64,000 nucleotides of DNA from Anaerolineae bacterium. GTDB taxonomy: Bacteria > Chloroflexota > Anaerolineae > UBA1429. The notes beneath the pieces were generated by a model, which saw only the letters and a program-made list of their open reading frames with translations, had not been told where the DNA came from and made no database searches. Each line of letters starts with the position of its first letter. Positions within the stretch are counted from its first letter, which is position 1. Below, one piece after another: positions 46,844 through 56,409 of this stretch. The stretch covers positions 1,083,000 through 1,146,999 of the forward strand of contig JBMNFN010000001.1 of NCBI GenBank assembly GCA_050949345.1, read 5' to 3'. The position numbers and the translations under genes were made by a program.

Positions 46844-48019
46844 ATGCACACTCTTCCGGTAACCAGCGAGCGGGTGGCGGCTGCCAAGCCGCGCTTGACC
46901 GTCGGACTCGATGCGCTGCTGCTGTCGCAGGACGCAGGCTATCGCAATGCCGGCCTGTCACGGTATATCCATCAGTTGCTGTTGCATCTCCCCAGTGCAT
47001 CGCCAGATCTGAACCTCGTGGCGTACCAGGGTGGTGGACCCGCTCTCTCCGACGAACTGATGGTACGGAGGCCCAGTTGGGACACAACGGCCGCCTGGCG
47101 GCGTATCCTGTGGGAACAGCTCGCGCAACCGTGGGCGCTGCATCGTGACAGAGTGGATCTGATGCACGCCATGGTCAACGTGGGGCCCATGGTGCACCGC
47201 TGTCCGCTGGTGGTTACGGTTCACGATCTCACCTTTATGCGCTATCCCGAATTGTTCCCAGCGGGACGTCGCAGGTATCTCCAGCACATGACACGCTGGA
47301 CGGCACGGCATGCAGCACGGGTGATTGTGGATTCGGCCTGCACCGGGCGCGATGTGGTGGAGCTGCTGGACGTTCCCGGCGAGCTTGTCCGTGTGGTATA
47401 CCCGGGCCTCACGATGAATCCCCTACCCGCCCCATCTGCCCTGCAGGCCCACCGCGCCCGCCACGGACTCGACGGGGGGTACGTACTCTTTGTGGGCACC
47501 CTCGAGCCGCGCAAGAACATCAATCTGCTGCTGGAGGCGTGGTCCCTGCTTGCGGCACGCCAGCCCGAGGTACCAACCCTGGTGATCGTGGGCGGCAAAG
47601 GCTGGTTCTACGAGTCTCTGGAGAGCCGGGCACGCGCACTTGGCGTGACAGAGCACGTCCGTTTTGCGGGCTATGTGGCCGAGTCCGAGCTGAGCAGCTG
47701 GTACGGAGCAGCAAACTTGTTTGTCTTTCCCTCGCTGTATGAGGGTTTTGGCTTTACGCCCCTTGAGGCGATGGCCTGTGGAACCCCCGTGCTGGTATCC
47801 AATACCTCGTCGCTGCCCGAAGTTGTGGGCCGGGCGGGTCTCTCACTGCCACCTGACGATCCGCAGCGCTGGGCCGACGCAATCGCAGCACTGATGGCCG
47901 AGCCGGGGCGGCGCCAGGAGATGAGCCAGCGTGGCCTCCAACAGGCCGCTGCTTTTCCCTGGAGTGAGACGGCCAGCCAGACGGCGGAGGTATACAGGGA
48001 GGTGTTGCACAATGGCTGA
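46844..48019 (+). CDS. glycosyltransferase family 4
   Basis: C-terminal SLYEGFGFTPLEAMACGTPVLVSNTSSLPEV GT4 motif. Start uncertain: the ATG at 46844 is the first in-frame ATG after the predicted promoter. Confidence 0.8.
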   Translation: MHTLPVTSERVAAAKPRLTVGLDALLLSQDAGYRNAGLSRYIHQLLLHLPSASPDLNLVAYQGGGPALSDELMVRRPSWDTTAAWRRILWEQLAQPWALHRDRVDLMHAMVNVGPMVHRCPLVVTVHDLTFMRYPELFPAGRRRYLQHMTRWTARHAARVIVDSACTGRDVVELLDVPGELVRVVYPGLTMNPLPAPSALQAHRARHGLDGGYVLFVGTLEPRKNINLLLEAWSLLAARQPEVPTLVIVGGKGWFYESLESRARALGVTEHVRFAGYVAESELSSWYGAANLFVFPSLYEGFGFTPLEAMACGTPVLVSNTSSLPEVVGRAGLSLPPDDPQRWADAIAALMAEPGRRQEMSQRGLQQAAAFPWSETASQTAEVYREVLHNG

Positions 48020-49454
48020 CAGGCAACGATCGGCGCTGCTGCCATCGCGCTGGCTTTATGTCAAACCATTTGTGGATGCTATCCTCTTTGTCCTGGCCTT
48101 TTTGATCGCCTACTACCTGCGCTATGAGATCCAGTGGCTGCGCTCGGTGGAGACCGCCTACGTGGTTCCACTGCGCGTATATGGCCCCAGCATCGCCGGC
48201 CTCACCGCCATCCTGGTGCTGGTGTCGTGGGTAGAGGGTGCCTATCGCCTCCGCAGGGGACGCTCCTTACTGGATGAGCTCTTTATCGCCAGCCGCAGCA
48301 TTGTGCTGGGCATCGCCATCGTCATCGTGATCGTGTTTTTTGCCACGCCAAACTATTACTCGCGGCTGATTTTCGGATACACCGGCATCACGGCTCTGCT
48401 GCTGGTGGCCATCAGCCGCACGCTGGAAAAGGTGATCCGCGACCAGCGCCACAAGCGGGGCCTGGGCATTGTGCGTGTGCTGCTGGTGGGCGTGGGCGAG
48501 AGCGGCAGGTCTGTGGTGCGCACCATCATGGCGCGTCCCGAGCTGGGCTATCGCATCATTGGGTTCTTGGATGATGATCCGGAAAAGGTGCATGCGGGCA
48601 TCGGGCCCTACCCCGGGTTGGGGAACACCAGCGACCTTGAGCAAGTGATTCGTTCCCAGCGCATCGATCAGGTTATCGTGGCGCTCCCGTCGGCCAACTA
48701 TCGTCGCACGTTGCAGGTGGCGCGGACCTCGGAACAGGCCGGAGCGCGGGTACGCATCGTGCCCGATCTCTTTCGGATCGCCATCAGCTCAGTGGTGTTG
48801 GACAGCCTGGACGGCATTCCGCTCCTCGGCGTTCGTGAACCCGAGCTGCTGGACTGGAAGCATGCCTGGAAGCGCCTCAGCGACATCATCATCAGCGTCC
48901 TCGCGTTGATCCTCCTGTCGCCGCTGTTTCTGCTGGTGGCGCTGGCCATTCGGCTGGATTCGCCCGGCCCGATCATTTTCAAACAGACCCGGGTTGGGCG
49001 GAACCAGCGTCAGTTCACCTTTCTAAAGTTCCGCACCATGAGCAACGACGCCGAGGCACGCCTGGCAGAGCTCAAGTCACAGAACGAAGCGGATGGTCCC
49101 ATTTTCAAGATCCGGGATGATCCGCGGCGCACGCGTATAGGCAGGGTGCTGCGTCGCTTTAGCATCGACGAGATGCCCCAATTTTGGAATGTCCTCCGAG
49201 GCGAGCTCAGCGTGGTGGGCCCGCGCCCTCCGCTACCGTCCGAGGTCCAAGAGTACGAGCCCTGGCACTTGAGGCGGTTGGAGGTTTCTCCAGGCATCAC
49301 GGGGCTCTGGCAGGTCAGTGGCAGGAGTGACCTGACTTTTGATGAGATGGTGTTGCTCGACATTTACTATATCGAGAACTGGTCTCCCCTTCTGGACCTG
49401 CGCATCCTGCTCAAGACGGTGCCGACGGTCCTGTTTGGCAACGGCGCCTACTAG
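48012..49454 (+). CDS. polyprenyl-phosphate hexose-1-phosphate transferase (bacterial sugar transferase, WcaJ/EpsL-like initiating enzyme)
   Basis: Four or five N-terminal TM helices and a central Rossmann-like domain. C-terminal KRL.D...S...L......PIIF.Q.R.G.N...F...KFRTM, DEMPQFWNVLRG.LS.VGPRP and ITGLWQV motifs. Confidence 0.9.
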   Translation: MADRQRSALLPSRWLYVKPFVDAILFVLAFLIAYYLRYEIQWLRSVETAYVVPLRVYGPSIAGLTAILVLVSWVEGAYRLRRGRSLLDELFIASRSIVLGIAIVIVIVFFATPNYYSRLIFGYTGITALLLVAISRTLEKVIRDQRHKRGLGIVRVLLVGVGESGRSVVRTIMARPELGYRIIGFLDDDPEKVHAGIGPYPGLGNTSDLEQVIRSQRIDQVIVALPSANYRRTLQVARTSEQAGARVRIVPDLFRIAISSVVLDSLDGIPLLGVREPELLDWKHAWKRLSDIIISVLALILLSPLFLLVALAIRLDSPGPIIFKQTRVGRNQRQFTFLKFRTMSNDAEARLAELKSQNEADGPIFKIRDDPRRTRIGRVLRRFSIDEMPQFWNVLRGELSVVGPRPPLPSEVQEYEPWHLRRLEVSPGITGLWQVSGRSDLTFDEMVLLDIYYIENWSPLLDLRILLKTVPTVLFGNGAY

Positions 49455-49502
49455 CGCCAGCACGAGAACGCAACCGGTGCCGAGGCACTGAAGGAGCTAC
49501 GC

Positions 49503-50687
49503 ATGGCACTTTTTGTCCCGCAACCTGACCGGGAACGCCTGGATACGTTTTGCCGTGACCTGGTGACCATCCCGAGCTGCTCTGGTTCTGAGGGTGCACT
49601 GGCGGAGCGTATCGTCCAGGAGATGGAGGCCCTCCACTATGACCAAATCCGCGTGGATGACATGGGGAATGTCATCGGGCGTGTGGGACCAGAGGGGGCG
49701 CCTGCGGTGCTGTTTGATGGGCACATGGACACGGTGGACGTGGGCGATCGCGGGCTGTGGAGCGACGATCCTCTGGCCGGAGTCGTCCGGGACGGCGTGC
49801 TGTACGGCAGAGGTGCTGCAGACATGAAGGGTGGCCTGGCGGCCATGATTCACGGCGTTGGCGCTCTGGCCGGGGGTGCACATGAGCTGGTCCATCCTGT
49901 GTACGTGGCCTGTGTAGTCCTGGAGGAGCCCTGCGAAGGACTGGCGATCCGACACGTCATCGAGCAGGAAGGATTGCGGCCGGCATATGTAGTGCTGGGA
50001 GAGCCCACCGATTTGCAGCTGAGCCGGGGCCACCGTGGGAGGCTGGCCATAGAAGTAGCCGTGCAGGGCAGGAGCTGTCACGCCTCGGCGCCGGAACGGG
50101 GCACCAATGCCATTTATGAAGCGGCCCGCTTTGTGTTCGGCCTGCAGTTGCTGGCGCCTCAGCTCACCAGCGATGCCCTGCTCGGCCAGGCTACGCTGGC
50201 CGTTACCGAGATCGAGAGCCGCTCCGGAAGCGCCAACGTGGTGCCCGAGTATTGCCGCCTGTACATCGACAGGCGTCTCACGGGGGGCGATACAGAAGCC
50301 AAGGCGCTGGCCGAGATCAAGCGCATTCTCACGCGCGAATCCATCCAAGCCGATGTGCAGGTGCCCACCTTCCGCACGCAAAGCTACACGGGCCTGGAGG
50401 TCGAGGCGCTGGAGGTGTTCCCCAGCTGGACGATGGCGGAGGACGACCCGCTGGTGCGCAAGGCGATCGACACGGTGGAGAGCACGCTGGGGTACGTGCC
50501 TCGGGTGGGCCACTGGGACTTTTCTACCGACGGTGTGTACACCATGGGTACTGCAGGCATCCCCACCATCGGTTTTGGACCGGGCGAGGAGCGTTATGCG
50601 CACTCTGTGCAGGAGCAGGTACGCCTGGGAGACGTACATGCCGCTGCCCGTGTCTATGGGAGGCTGGCCCTGTCGCTCCAGGTATAG
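49503..50687 (+). CDS. M20-family metallohydrolase, YgeY-like
   Basis: Collinear with E. coli YgeY blocks as I recall them: IEQEG.RP..VV.GEPTD.Q..RGHRGR, VQGRSCHASAPERG.NAI, IDRRLT.G.T, W.FSTDGV..MG.AGIPTIGFGPG.E..AH. Confidence 0.8.
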   Translation: MALFVPQPDRERLDTFCRDLVTIPSCSGSEGALAERIVQEMEALHYDQIRVDDMGNVIGRVGPEGAPAVLFDGHMDTVDVGDRGLWSDDPLAGVVRDGVLYGRGAADMKGGLAAMIHGVGALAGGAHELVHPVYVACVVLEEPCEGLAIRHVIEQEGLRPAYVVLGEPTDLQLSRGHRGRLAIEVAVQGRSCHASAPERGTNAIYEAARFVFGLQLLAPQLTSDALLGQATLAVTEIESRSGSANVVPEYCRLYIDRRLTGGDTEAKALAEIKRILTRESIQADVQVPTFRTQSYTGLEVEALEVFPSWTMAEDDPLVRKAIDTVESTLGYVPRVGHWDFSTDGVYTMGTAGIPTIGFGPGEERYAHSVQEQVRLGDVHAAARVYGRLALSLQV

Positions 50688-50699
50688 CGCGGCAGGTAC

Positions 50700-53075
50700 C
50701 TACTGACGGGCCAGTGCGCGGTGCTCGGTCCGGGCGATGATTTCATCCTGCAGCGTGCGGCCCAAGTCACAAAAGTAATCGCTGTAGCCCGCCACACGCA
50801 CAATCAGATCGCGATGCTGCTCAGGGTGCAACTGGGCATCCCTTAAGGTCTCCGAATCCACCACATTGAACTGGATGTGGTGTCCATCCAGCCCAAAGTA
50901 GCTCCGCACCAGATACACCAGATTGTTGAGATTCTCCTCGCCCTCCAGCAGCTCTGGGGCGAGCTTTTGGTTCAACAGCGTGCCACCGGTACGCACATGA
51001 TCCATTTTGGCCGCTGAACGGATGGCGGCCGTGGGCCCACGGCGATCCATGCCCTGCACAGGAGAGATCCCCTCCGAAAGAGGCATGCCCGCCCGGCGCC
51101 CGTCGGCCGTGGCGCCGGTAACCGAGCCAAAGTACACGTGCACGGTGGTGGGCAGCAGGTTGATGTGGTAAACGCCTCCACGGGTATTGGGACGACCATC
51201 GATGGCGTCGTAATAGGCCTCAAATACCCGCAGCATGAGCGCATCCGCCGCATCATCATCGTTGCCATACTTGGGCGCGCGGTTCAGCATGCGTTGTCGC
51301 AAGCGCTCCTGCCCCTCAAAGTTGCTGTTCAGCGCCGCAACCAATGCTGGAAGGCTGACGCTGCGCTCCTCAAAGACCTGGGACTGGATCGCAGAGAGTG
51401 CATCCGTGATGGTCCCCAAACCCACGCCCTGTATGTACGAGCTGTTGTAGCGAGCACCGCCATCGTGATAGTCGCGGCCAGCAGAGATGCAGTCGTCGAT
51501 CAGCAGGGAAAGAAAGGGGGCAGGCATGTGTTCTGCAAAGAGCCGTTCGATGAGGTTGTTGCCACCGATCTTGACCCCGACCCAAAAGCCCAGCTGTGCG
51601 GTAAAGGCCCGCCAGAGATCCTCCATGCTCTCCATCCGCCGGGCACTGCCAGTGTGTGGGCCGAGCTGGGTGCCAGTCACCGGATCCAGGCCGTCGTTCA
51701 GTGCGAGCTCCAGGATCTTGGGCAGGTTCATGTAGCCGGTGAGCGCATAGTTCTCTTTGCCAAAGGCGCCGGTCTCGACACACCCGCTGGTGCCACCCTG
51801 GCGCGCATCCGCCAGACTTTTGCCCTGGCGCAGCAGCTCTTGCACAACCACGTCGCTGTTAAAGAGCGAGGGTTGGCCAAAGCCTGTGCGCAGAATACGC
51901 CCCGCCCGCCGAATGAAGGCATCCGGGCTGCGCTTGCTGACGTGTGCCGAGGCACTGGGCTGCAACAGCCGCATCTCCTCCACAACGTCCAGCAGCAGCA
52001 TGGTCACCTCGTTGACGCCATCGCTGCCGTCGGGCCGAACCCCTCCCAGGTTGATCTGGGCAAAGTCGGTGTAGGTGCCGCTCTCTGCGGCCGTGACGCC
52101 CACTTTGGGCGGAGCCGGCTGGTTGTTGAACTTGATCCACAGACATTGGAGCAGTTCCTCCGCCTGCTCCCGGGTGAGGCTGCCATCGGCGATGCCCTGC
52201 CCATAGTACGGAGCGAGATGCTGATCCAGCTTGCCGGGGCTGAAGGAATCCCAGGGGTTCAGCTCGAGCGTCACGCCCAGGTGCACGAACCAATAGGACT
52301 GGATGGCCTCGTGAAAGGTACGCGGAGGATTGGCCGGCACCCAGCGACACACTTGCTCGATCGAAAGCAGCTCGCCTTTACGCCCAAGATCGGCCTCGGC
52401 CTCCGCCAGACGGTGTGCCTCGTCGGCATATCGAGCGGCAAAGGCGATGATGGCCCTCCCGGCGATCTCCATCCCCTGGAGTTCCTGCAGGCGTTCGTAG
52501 GCCCGCGGATCCACGGCCGGGTCGATCTGCTCCCGGGCTCTCTCGATGTCGGCCAGCAGCCCATTGATGCCTTTGCGATAAAGCTTGTCGTCCAGCACGG
52601 TGTGGCCCGGCGAACGCTGTTCCATGAACTCGGTAAAGATACCCGCCTCATAGCCCGCGCGCCAGCTCTCGCTCATCTGGGCCAGGATCGCTTCGCGCAT
52701 GGTGCGCCCGCGCCAAAAGGGAATGATCTCCTCGGTATAGCTGTGCAGGTCATCCTCAGCCACGGCGAAAGAGGTCTTCTCACGGGTGTCCAGCACGTGG
52801 AGGTCCTGCAGCGAGTGGCAACACAGCTCGGGATAGGTAGGAGCTGCCTTGGGCCGGGGACCCTTTTCCCCCACAATCAGTTCGTCGGGAGCGATGTGCA
52901 CCGTCACATGCTGCAGGAGGTGTGAAAAGGCACGTGCGCGCCGCACCGCGGGCGACAGCAGCTCGGTATGTTCACGATACCATTCCGTAAGCAACCGCGC
53001 GCGCTCCGAAGAGAGCGATGGTTTTGCCTCCAGGCTGGAGGTGCGCAGACGGGCGACCCGCTCAGACATGACCAT
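50700..53075 (-). CDS. glycyl radical enzyme of the dehydratase/1,2-eliminase clade (PFL2/glycerol-dehydratase family; HypD-like?)
   Basis: 791 aa. C-terminal glycyl-radical motif DLIVRVAGYSDYF (Gly codon 50787..50789). Thiyl loop GGTSGCVETG (GCVE motif of eliminases rather than PFL CC). ATG at 53075 with GGAGG upstream. Confidence 0.9.
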   Translation of the reverse strand: MVMSERVARLRTSSLEAKPSLSSERARLLTEWYREHTELLSPAVRRARAFSHLLQHVTVHIAPDELIVGEKGPRPKAAPTYPELCCHSLQDLHVLDTREKTSFAVAEDDLHSYTEEIIPFWRGRTMREAILAQMSESWRAGYEAGIFTEFMEQRSPGHTVLDDKLYRKGINGLLADIERAREQIDPAVDPRAYERLQELQGMEIAGRAIIAFAARYADEAHRLAEAEADLGRKGELLSIEQVCRWVPANPPRTFHEAIQSYWFVHLGVTLELNPWDSFSPGKLDQHLAPYYGQGIADGSLTREQAEELLQCLWIKFNNQPAPPKVGVTAAESGTYTDFAQINLGGVRPDGSDGVNEVTMLLLDVVEEMRLLQPSASAHVSKRSPDAFIRRAGRILRTGFGQPSLFNSDVVVQELLRQGKSLADARQGGTSGCVETGAFGKENYALTGYMNLPKILELALNDGLDPVTGTQLGPHTGSARRMESMEDLWRAFTAQLGFWVGVKIGGNNLIERLFAEHMPAPFLSLLIDDCISAGRDYHDGGARYNSSYIQGVGLGTITDALSAIQSQVFEERSVSLPALVAALNSNFEGQERLRQRMLNRAPKYGNDDDAADALMLRVFEAYYDAIDGRPNTRGGVYHINLLPTTVHVYFGSVTGATADGRRAGMPLSEGISPVQGMDRRGPTAAIRSAAKMDHVRTGGTLLNQKLAPELLEGEENLNNLVYLVRSYFGLDGHHIQFNVVDSETLRDAQLHPEQHRDLIVRVAGYSDYFCDLGRTLQDEIIARTEHRALARQ

Positions 53076-53120
53076 GCAGAGACCTCCGAGGCACTCAGGG
53101 CCAGGTTCTTGTATGCTCTT

Positions 53121-53148
53121 AATATAGTACACTGACCGCGCGATGCAA
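53121..53148 (-). promoter_or_regulatory. sigma70-like promoter of the glycyl radical enzyme gene
   Basis: Minus strand: -35 TTGCAT (53148..53143), 16-nt spacer, -10 TATATT (53126..53121), about 40 nt upstream of the ATG. Confidence 0.45.
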
Positions 53149-53570
53149 TCCTGCCGTGTGACCCGCCAGCCTCGGCTGTGACCAGCCAACGCCCAGCCTG
53201 TGTGCTCTCCGCCAGTCGGACATTGGACAGCGCAGGTAAAGGCGCCTATAAAGTGGAGACTGGCCGCCACCTGGGCGGATCAGCAGACCGGAGGACCAAG
53301 TGGTTCAACTGCACCGATCGGGGGGAATGGCGGCCCGTGCGCCGATCCACCAACCCATCTCCAATTCACACCCCACCACGAGCCAAGCGACTGCGCGGGC
53401 GTCTGGCCGACGGGCGGGGTGTAAAGGAATAGCAGGCGCGGAGCCTTGTCCTGATGGGCAGCATCGGCTGGCCGGTCGACAGGGGCAGCTCGCCATTCCG
53501 GGCTCTCACCGGCTCTGCTCCCTGTCCCCCTCGAGCGTATCCATGACTGCGGAACGATCCGTCAAGTGCC

Positions 53571-54986
53571 ATGTCAGAGCATAACACCGAAAGCCTGGAT
53601 CTGGGCCGATTGGGACGTGCCACAGGGTTGACCATGGCGCGCCAGTTGCTGGCCGTAGGTCTCGCCTTTATGGGATCGGTGCTGCTGTCACGCATCCTCG
53701 GTCCTGAAGCCAAAGGGACGTATACCGTCGCCTCAGTGTTGGCGTTAGGGATCATCTCCGTGGTCAATCTGGGGGTGGGCCCGGCCACCGTGTACTTTGT
53801 CGCGCGCGGCACCTATGGCACCGGCCGCACCATCGACAACAGCATCCGGCTGGCGCTGATGTTCACAGCCATCGGCGTGGCGGGCGCGGCGCTCCTCATC
53901 CACTACCTGGCCCACGCGCTCCTCCCGGGAGTCCCCGTCGCGTTCCTCTATATCGGTCTGGTGTACATCCCTGCCAGCCTGTTCTACTCGTACAGTCTCT
54001 CCATCGTACAGGGGTTGGAGGACTATGCCCTTTTTAACACGATCGGCCTGGCGGCCGAGGTTGCGACACTGTCTGCCTTGATCGTGCTGGTGTGGCTACT
54101 GCGCCGCGGCGTTACAGGGGGCCTGGTAGCGTTGGCCGTTGGACCGTCGGTGGGCGTGATTGTGGCGCTGTGGGGGTTGCGACACCGACGGAACGACCGG
54201 CCAAAGCTGCGCCTGCAGTGCGATCCTGCGTACGATCGCGACGTGCTCAGCTATGGCGCGCGCACGCACCTGGGCAACGTTGCCATATTTGCCAATGGGC
54301 ACGCGGCAACCTTGCTGGTGAACTATTTTCTCGGTCAGGCGGCGGTGGGCATCTACTCCCTGGCCGCGGGCTTGGTGGAACGCATCGCGATCGTGTCCAG
54401 CTCGGCAGCCACAGTCATGTTGCCGCGCATTTCGTCGCTGCAGGATGCCGATCACCTGCGCAATGCGCTGACTCCACTGGTGACGCGGCACGTGGTGTTC
54501 TTTATCTCCCTGTTGGCGCTGCTGGCTTGGGTCACCGCCTCGCTGATCGTCGGCGTGGTTTACGGTCCCGCCTACAGTGGAGCCACGACGGTATTTCAGC
54601 TGCTCTTGCCGGCCCTCTTGATGACGAGCGTGTCGCGGGTGCTCACCAGCGATATCGCGGGACGGGGACGCCCTCAGGTGGTCACCAGTTTCAGCCTGGT
54701 GCAGACCGTGGTCAACGTGGTGCTGAACCTGGCGCTCATCCCCAGCCACGGTATCCTGGGGGCGGCAGTGGCTGCCTCTATCGGGGCCGGAGCAGACACA
54801 GCTCTCAAAGTAGCGTACTATTGTCGCAACTATGGTGTGCCCTGGCATGAGATGGTGTTCATGAACCGGGATGACTGGTCGCGCCTGGCGAGATTCGTTT
54901 CGGCCCAGGCAGCCAGAGCCAAGGGCCGGCGGCAGCGCTCTGCCCCTGAGGCCTCGGATCAGAACGGCGGCACCAACCACCGGTAG
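53571..54986 (+). CDS. polysaccharide/oligosaccharide flippase (MOP superfamily, Wzx-like)
   Basis: 471 aa with about 12-14 TM helices. N-terminal ...ARQLLAVGLAFMGSVLLSRILGPEAKGTY is typical of Wzx/PST family proteins. Sits in a glycosyltransferase context. Confidence 0.8.
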   Translation: MSEHNTESLDLGRLGRATGLTMARQLLAVGLAFMGSVLLSRILGPEAKGTYTVASVLALGIISVVNLGVGPATVYFVARGTYGTGRTIDNSIRLALMFTAIGVAGAALLIHYLAHALLPGVPVAFLYIGLVYIPASLFYSYSLSIVQGLEDYALFNTIGLAAEVATLSALIVLVWLLRRGVTGGLVALAVGPSVGVIVALWGLRHRRNDRPKLRLQCDPAYDRDVLSYGARTHLGNVAIFANGHAATLLVNYFLGQAAVGIYSLAAGLVERIAIVSSSAATVMLPRISSLQDADHLRNALTPLVTRHVVFFISLLALLAWVTASLIVGVVYGPAYSGATTVFQLLLPALLMTSVSRVLTSDIAGRGRPQVVTSFSLVQTVVNVVLNLALIPSHGILGAAVAASIGAGADTALKVAYYCRNYGVPWHEMVFMNRDDWSRLARFVSAQAARAKGRRQRSAPEASDQNGGTNHR

Positions 54987-55254
54987 CCTTCGGCAGCGCA
55001 CGTATGGTGGTATCGCAAGGGCGCCAGGCTCCCGCCAGAGTGTTCAAGCGCGACCACCGATGGGAGCGGAGCAGGGCATAGCGCATCAGAGATGGTGCAA
55101 TGCCCTGCTCAGGGTAGCGCCTGCACGCAGGGCACGCCGTCGGTGAGAACAGGACCCCTGGACGCGGCACGAGCGCGCTCGGAAAGAGTGTACTGTTGCC
55201 GAGATATCGCGACTGGCCACACCTTGCAGTGCCCTTCCGGCAGGAGTATCGGCC

Positions 55255-56409
55255 ATGAAGGTATTGTTCGCCGAGTATCTGACGTGGGGCACTCCCTACC
55301 GCGTGGGGAGCCACTATTACGCTCAGCACCTGCTCGACCGGGGCTGGGAGGTGGGCTGGCTGGGCGGCGAATTCCACCTTTGGAATCTGATCGGCAACCG
55401 CGCCGAGCTGGCTCGCAAGCTGCCGCTCTGGCGAGCTGGGGGTGTGCAGCATCCCCATGGTCCCTGGGAGTATGTGCCCTTTAAGAGCATTCCTTACCGC
55501 AATGCACCCGGACTGCGCAGCCCATGGCTGGCCTGGCATGGAAACCGCCTGACACTCCCCTCCATCCGGAGACAGCTTGCCCTCCAGGGCTATGACCATG
55601 CCGACCTGCTGTGGCTGAGCAACCCGCAGGCCTACCCCTGGCTGGTAGAGACCGGTGACTACCCGCGGGTGGTGTATCGCGCCGCTGATAACCACGTCCT
55701 CACGGCTGGTATCCCGGATTCGATCGATGCCGTAGAGAGACATATTGCTTCCCGGGCCGATGCGGTGCTCGCGGTCCACCCGGATACCTATGAGCGGTTG
55801 TCACCCTATGCCCCCGAGCGTACCCTGCTCCTGCCCAACGGAGTGGATCTTCTGCGTTTCAGGGCAGCAGCGCCCTGCCCCAGCGAGTATGGGCAGATTA
55901 CCGACCCCATTGCGGTGTATGTCGGCAGCGTGAATTATCGCTTTGACGTCCCATTGTTGCAGCAGGCCGCGCTGCGACGTCCCGGCGTGCAGTTCGTGGT
56001 GATCGGCGACGCGGGAATCGACGTCTCAGGCCTGCAGGGATTGCCCAATGTGCATCTGCTGGGACCACGACCACCAAAACAGGTGGTGGGCTACCTGACC
56101 CACGCAACCGCAGGCCTCATACCCTTCCGCTGGCTGCCTGCAACCCGCAACCTCCGCTCGATCAAGATTTACGAGTATGCAGCCGCGGGGCTCCCCACCG
56201 TACACGCCACGATGGATCCGGAGACGGCTGCCGACATGCCGGTGATCAGCGCCACGGGCGGTACCGACGCCTTTGTAGCGGCCCTGGATCGAGCATTGGG
56301 CTGGGATGCAGAGCAAAGAGACCAAGCCCGAGCCTTTGCGGCCAGTAACAGTTGGGAGGATCGTTACGCACGGGTCGACGCGCTGTTATCCCAGTGGGGA
56401 CTGGCATGA
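55255..56409 (+). CDS. glycosyltransferase (GT-B fold, GT4-like)
   Basis: MKVLFAEY start, a central YVGS...R.D. block and a C-terminal K..EY.AAGLP motif. GGAG SD upstream. Less canonical than the other glycosyltransferases. Confidence 0.7.
   Translation: MKVLFAEYLTWGTPYRVGSHYYAQHLLDRGWEVGWLGGEFHLWNLIGNRAELARKLPLWRAGGVQHPHGPWEYVPFKSIPYRNAPGLRSPWLAWHGNRLTLPSIRRQLALQGYDHADLLWLSNPQAYPWLVETGDYPRVVYRAADNHVLTAGIPDSIDAVERHIASRADAVLAVHPDTYERLSPYAPERTLLLPNGVDLLRFRAAAPCPSEYGQITDPIAVYVGSVNYRFDVPLLQQAALRRPGVQFVVIGDAGIDVSGLQGLPNVHLLGPRPPKQVVGYLTHATAGLIPFRWLPATRNLRSIKIYEYAAAGLPTVHATMDPETAADMPVISATGGTDAFVAALDRALGWDAEQRDQARAFAASNSWEDRYARVDALLSQWGLA

Noticed and set aside
49503-50687. YgeY-like hydrolase as a marker of a selenium-dependent molybdenum hydroxylase (ygeW-ygfK type) system
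   Set aside because: None of the usual neighbours is present (carbamoyltransferase-like YgeW, diaminopropionate ammonia-lyase, SsnA, xanthine-dehydrogenase subunits, selD). Only the single M20 gene is there.
51138-52925. 595-aa ORF antisense to the glycyl radical enzyme, and similar long shadows at 298..1455, 3586..4893, 22123..22977, 30130..31206, 31359..32393, 43000..44211 and 49497..50639
   Set aside because: Each lies opposite a gene with strong family motifs. The translations are R/G/H/Q-rich with no recognisable domains. This is expected in high-GC DNA.
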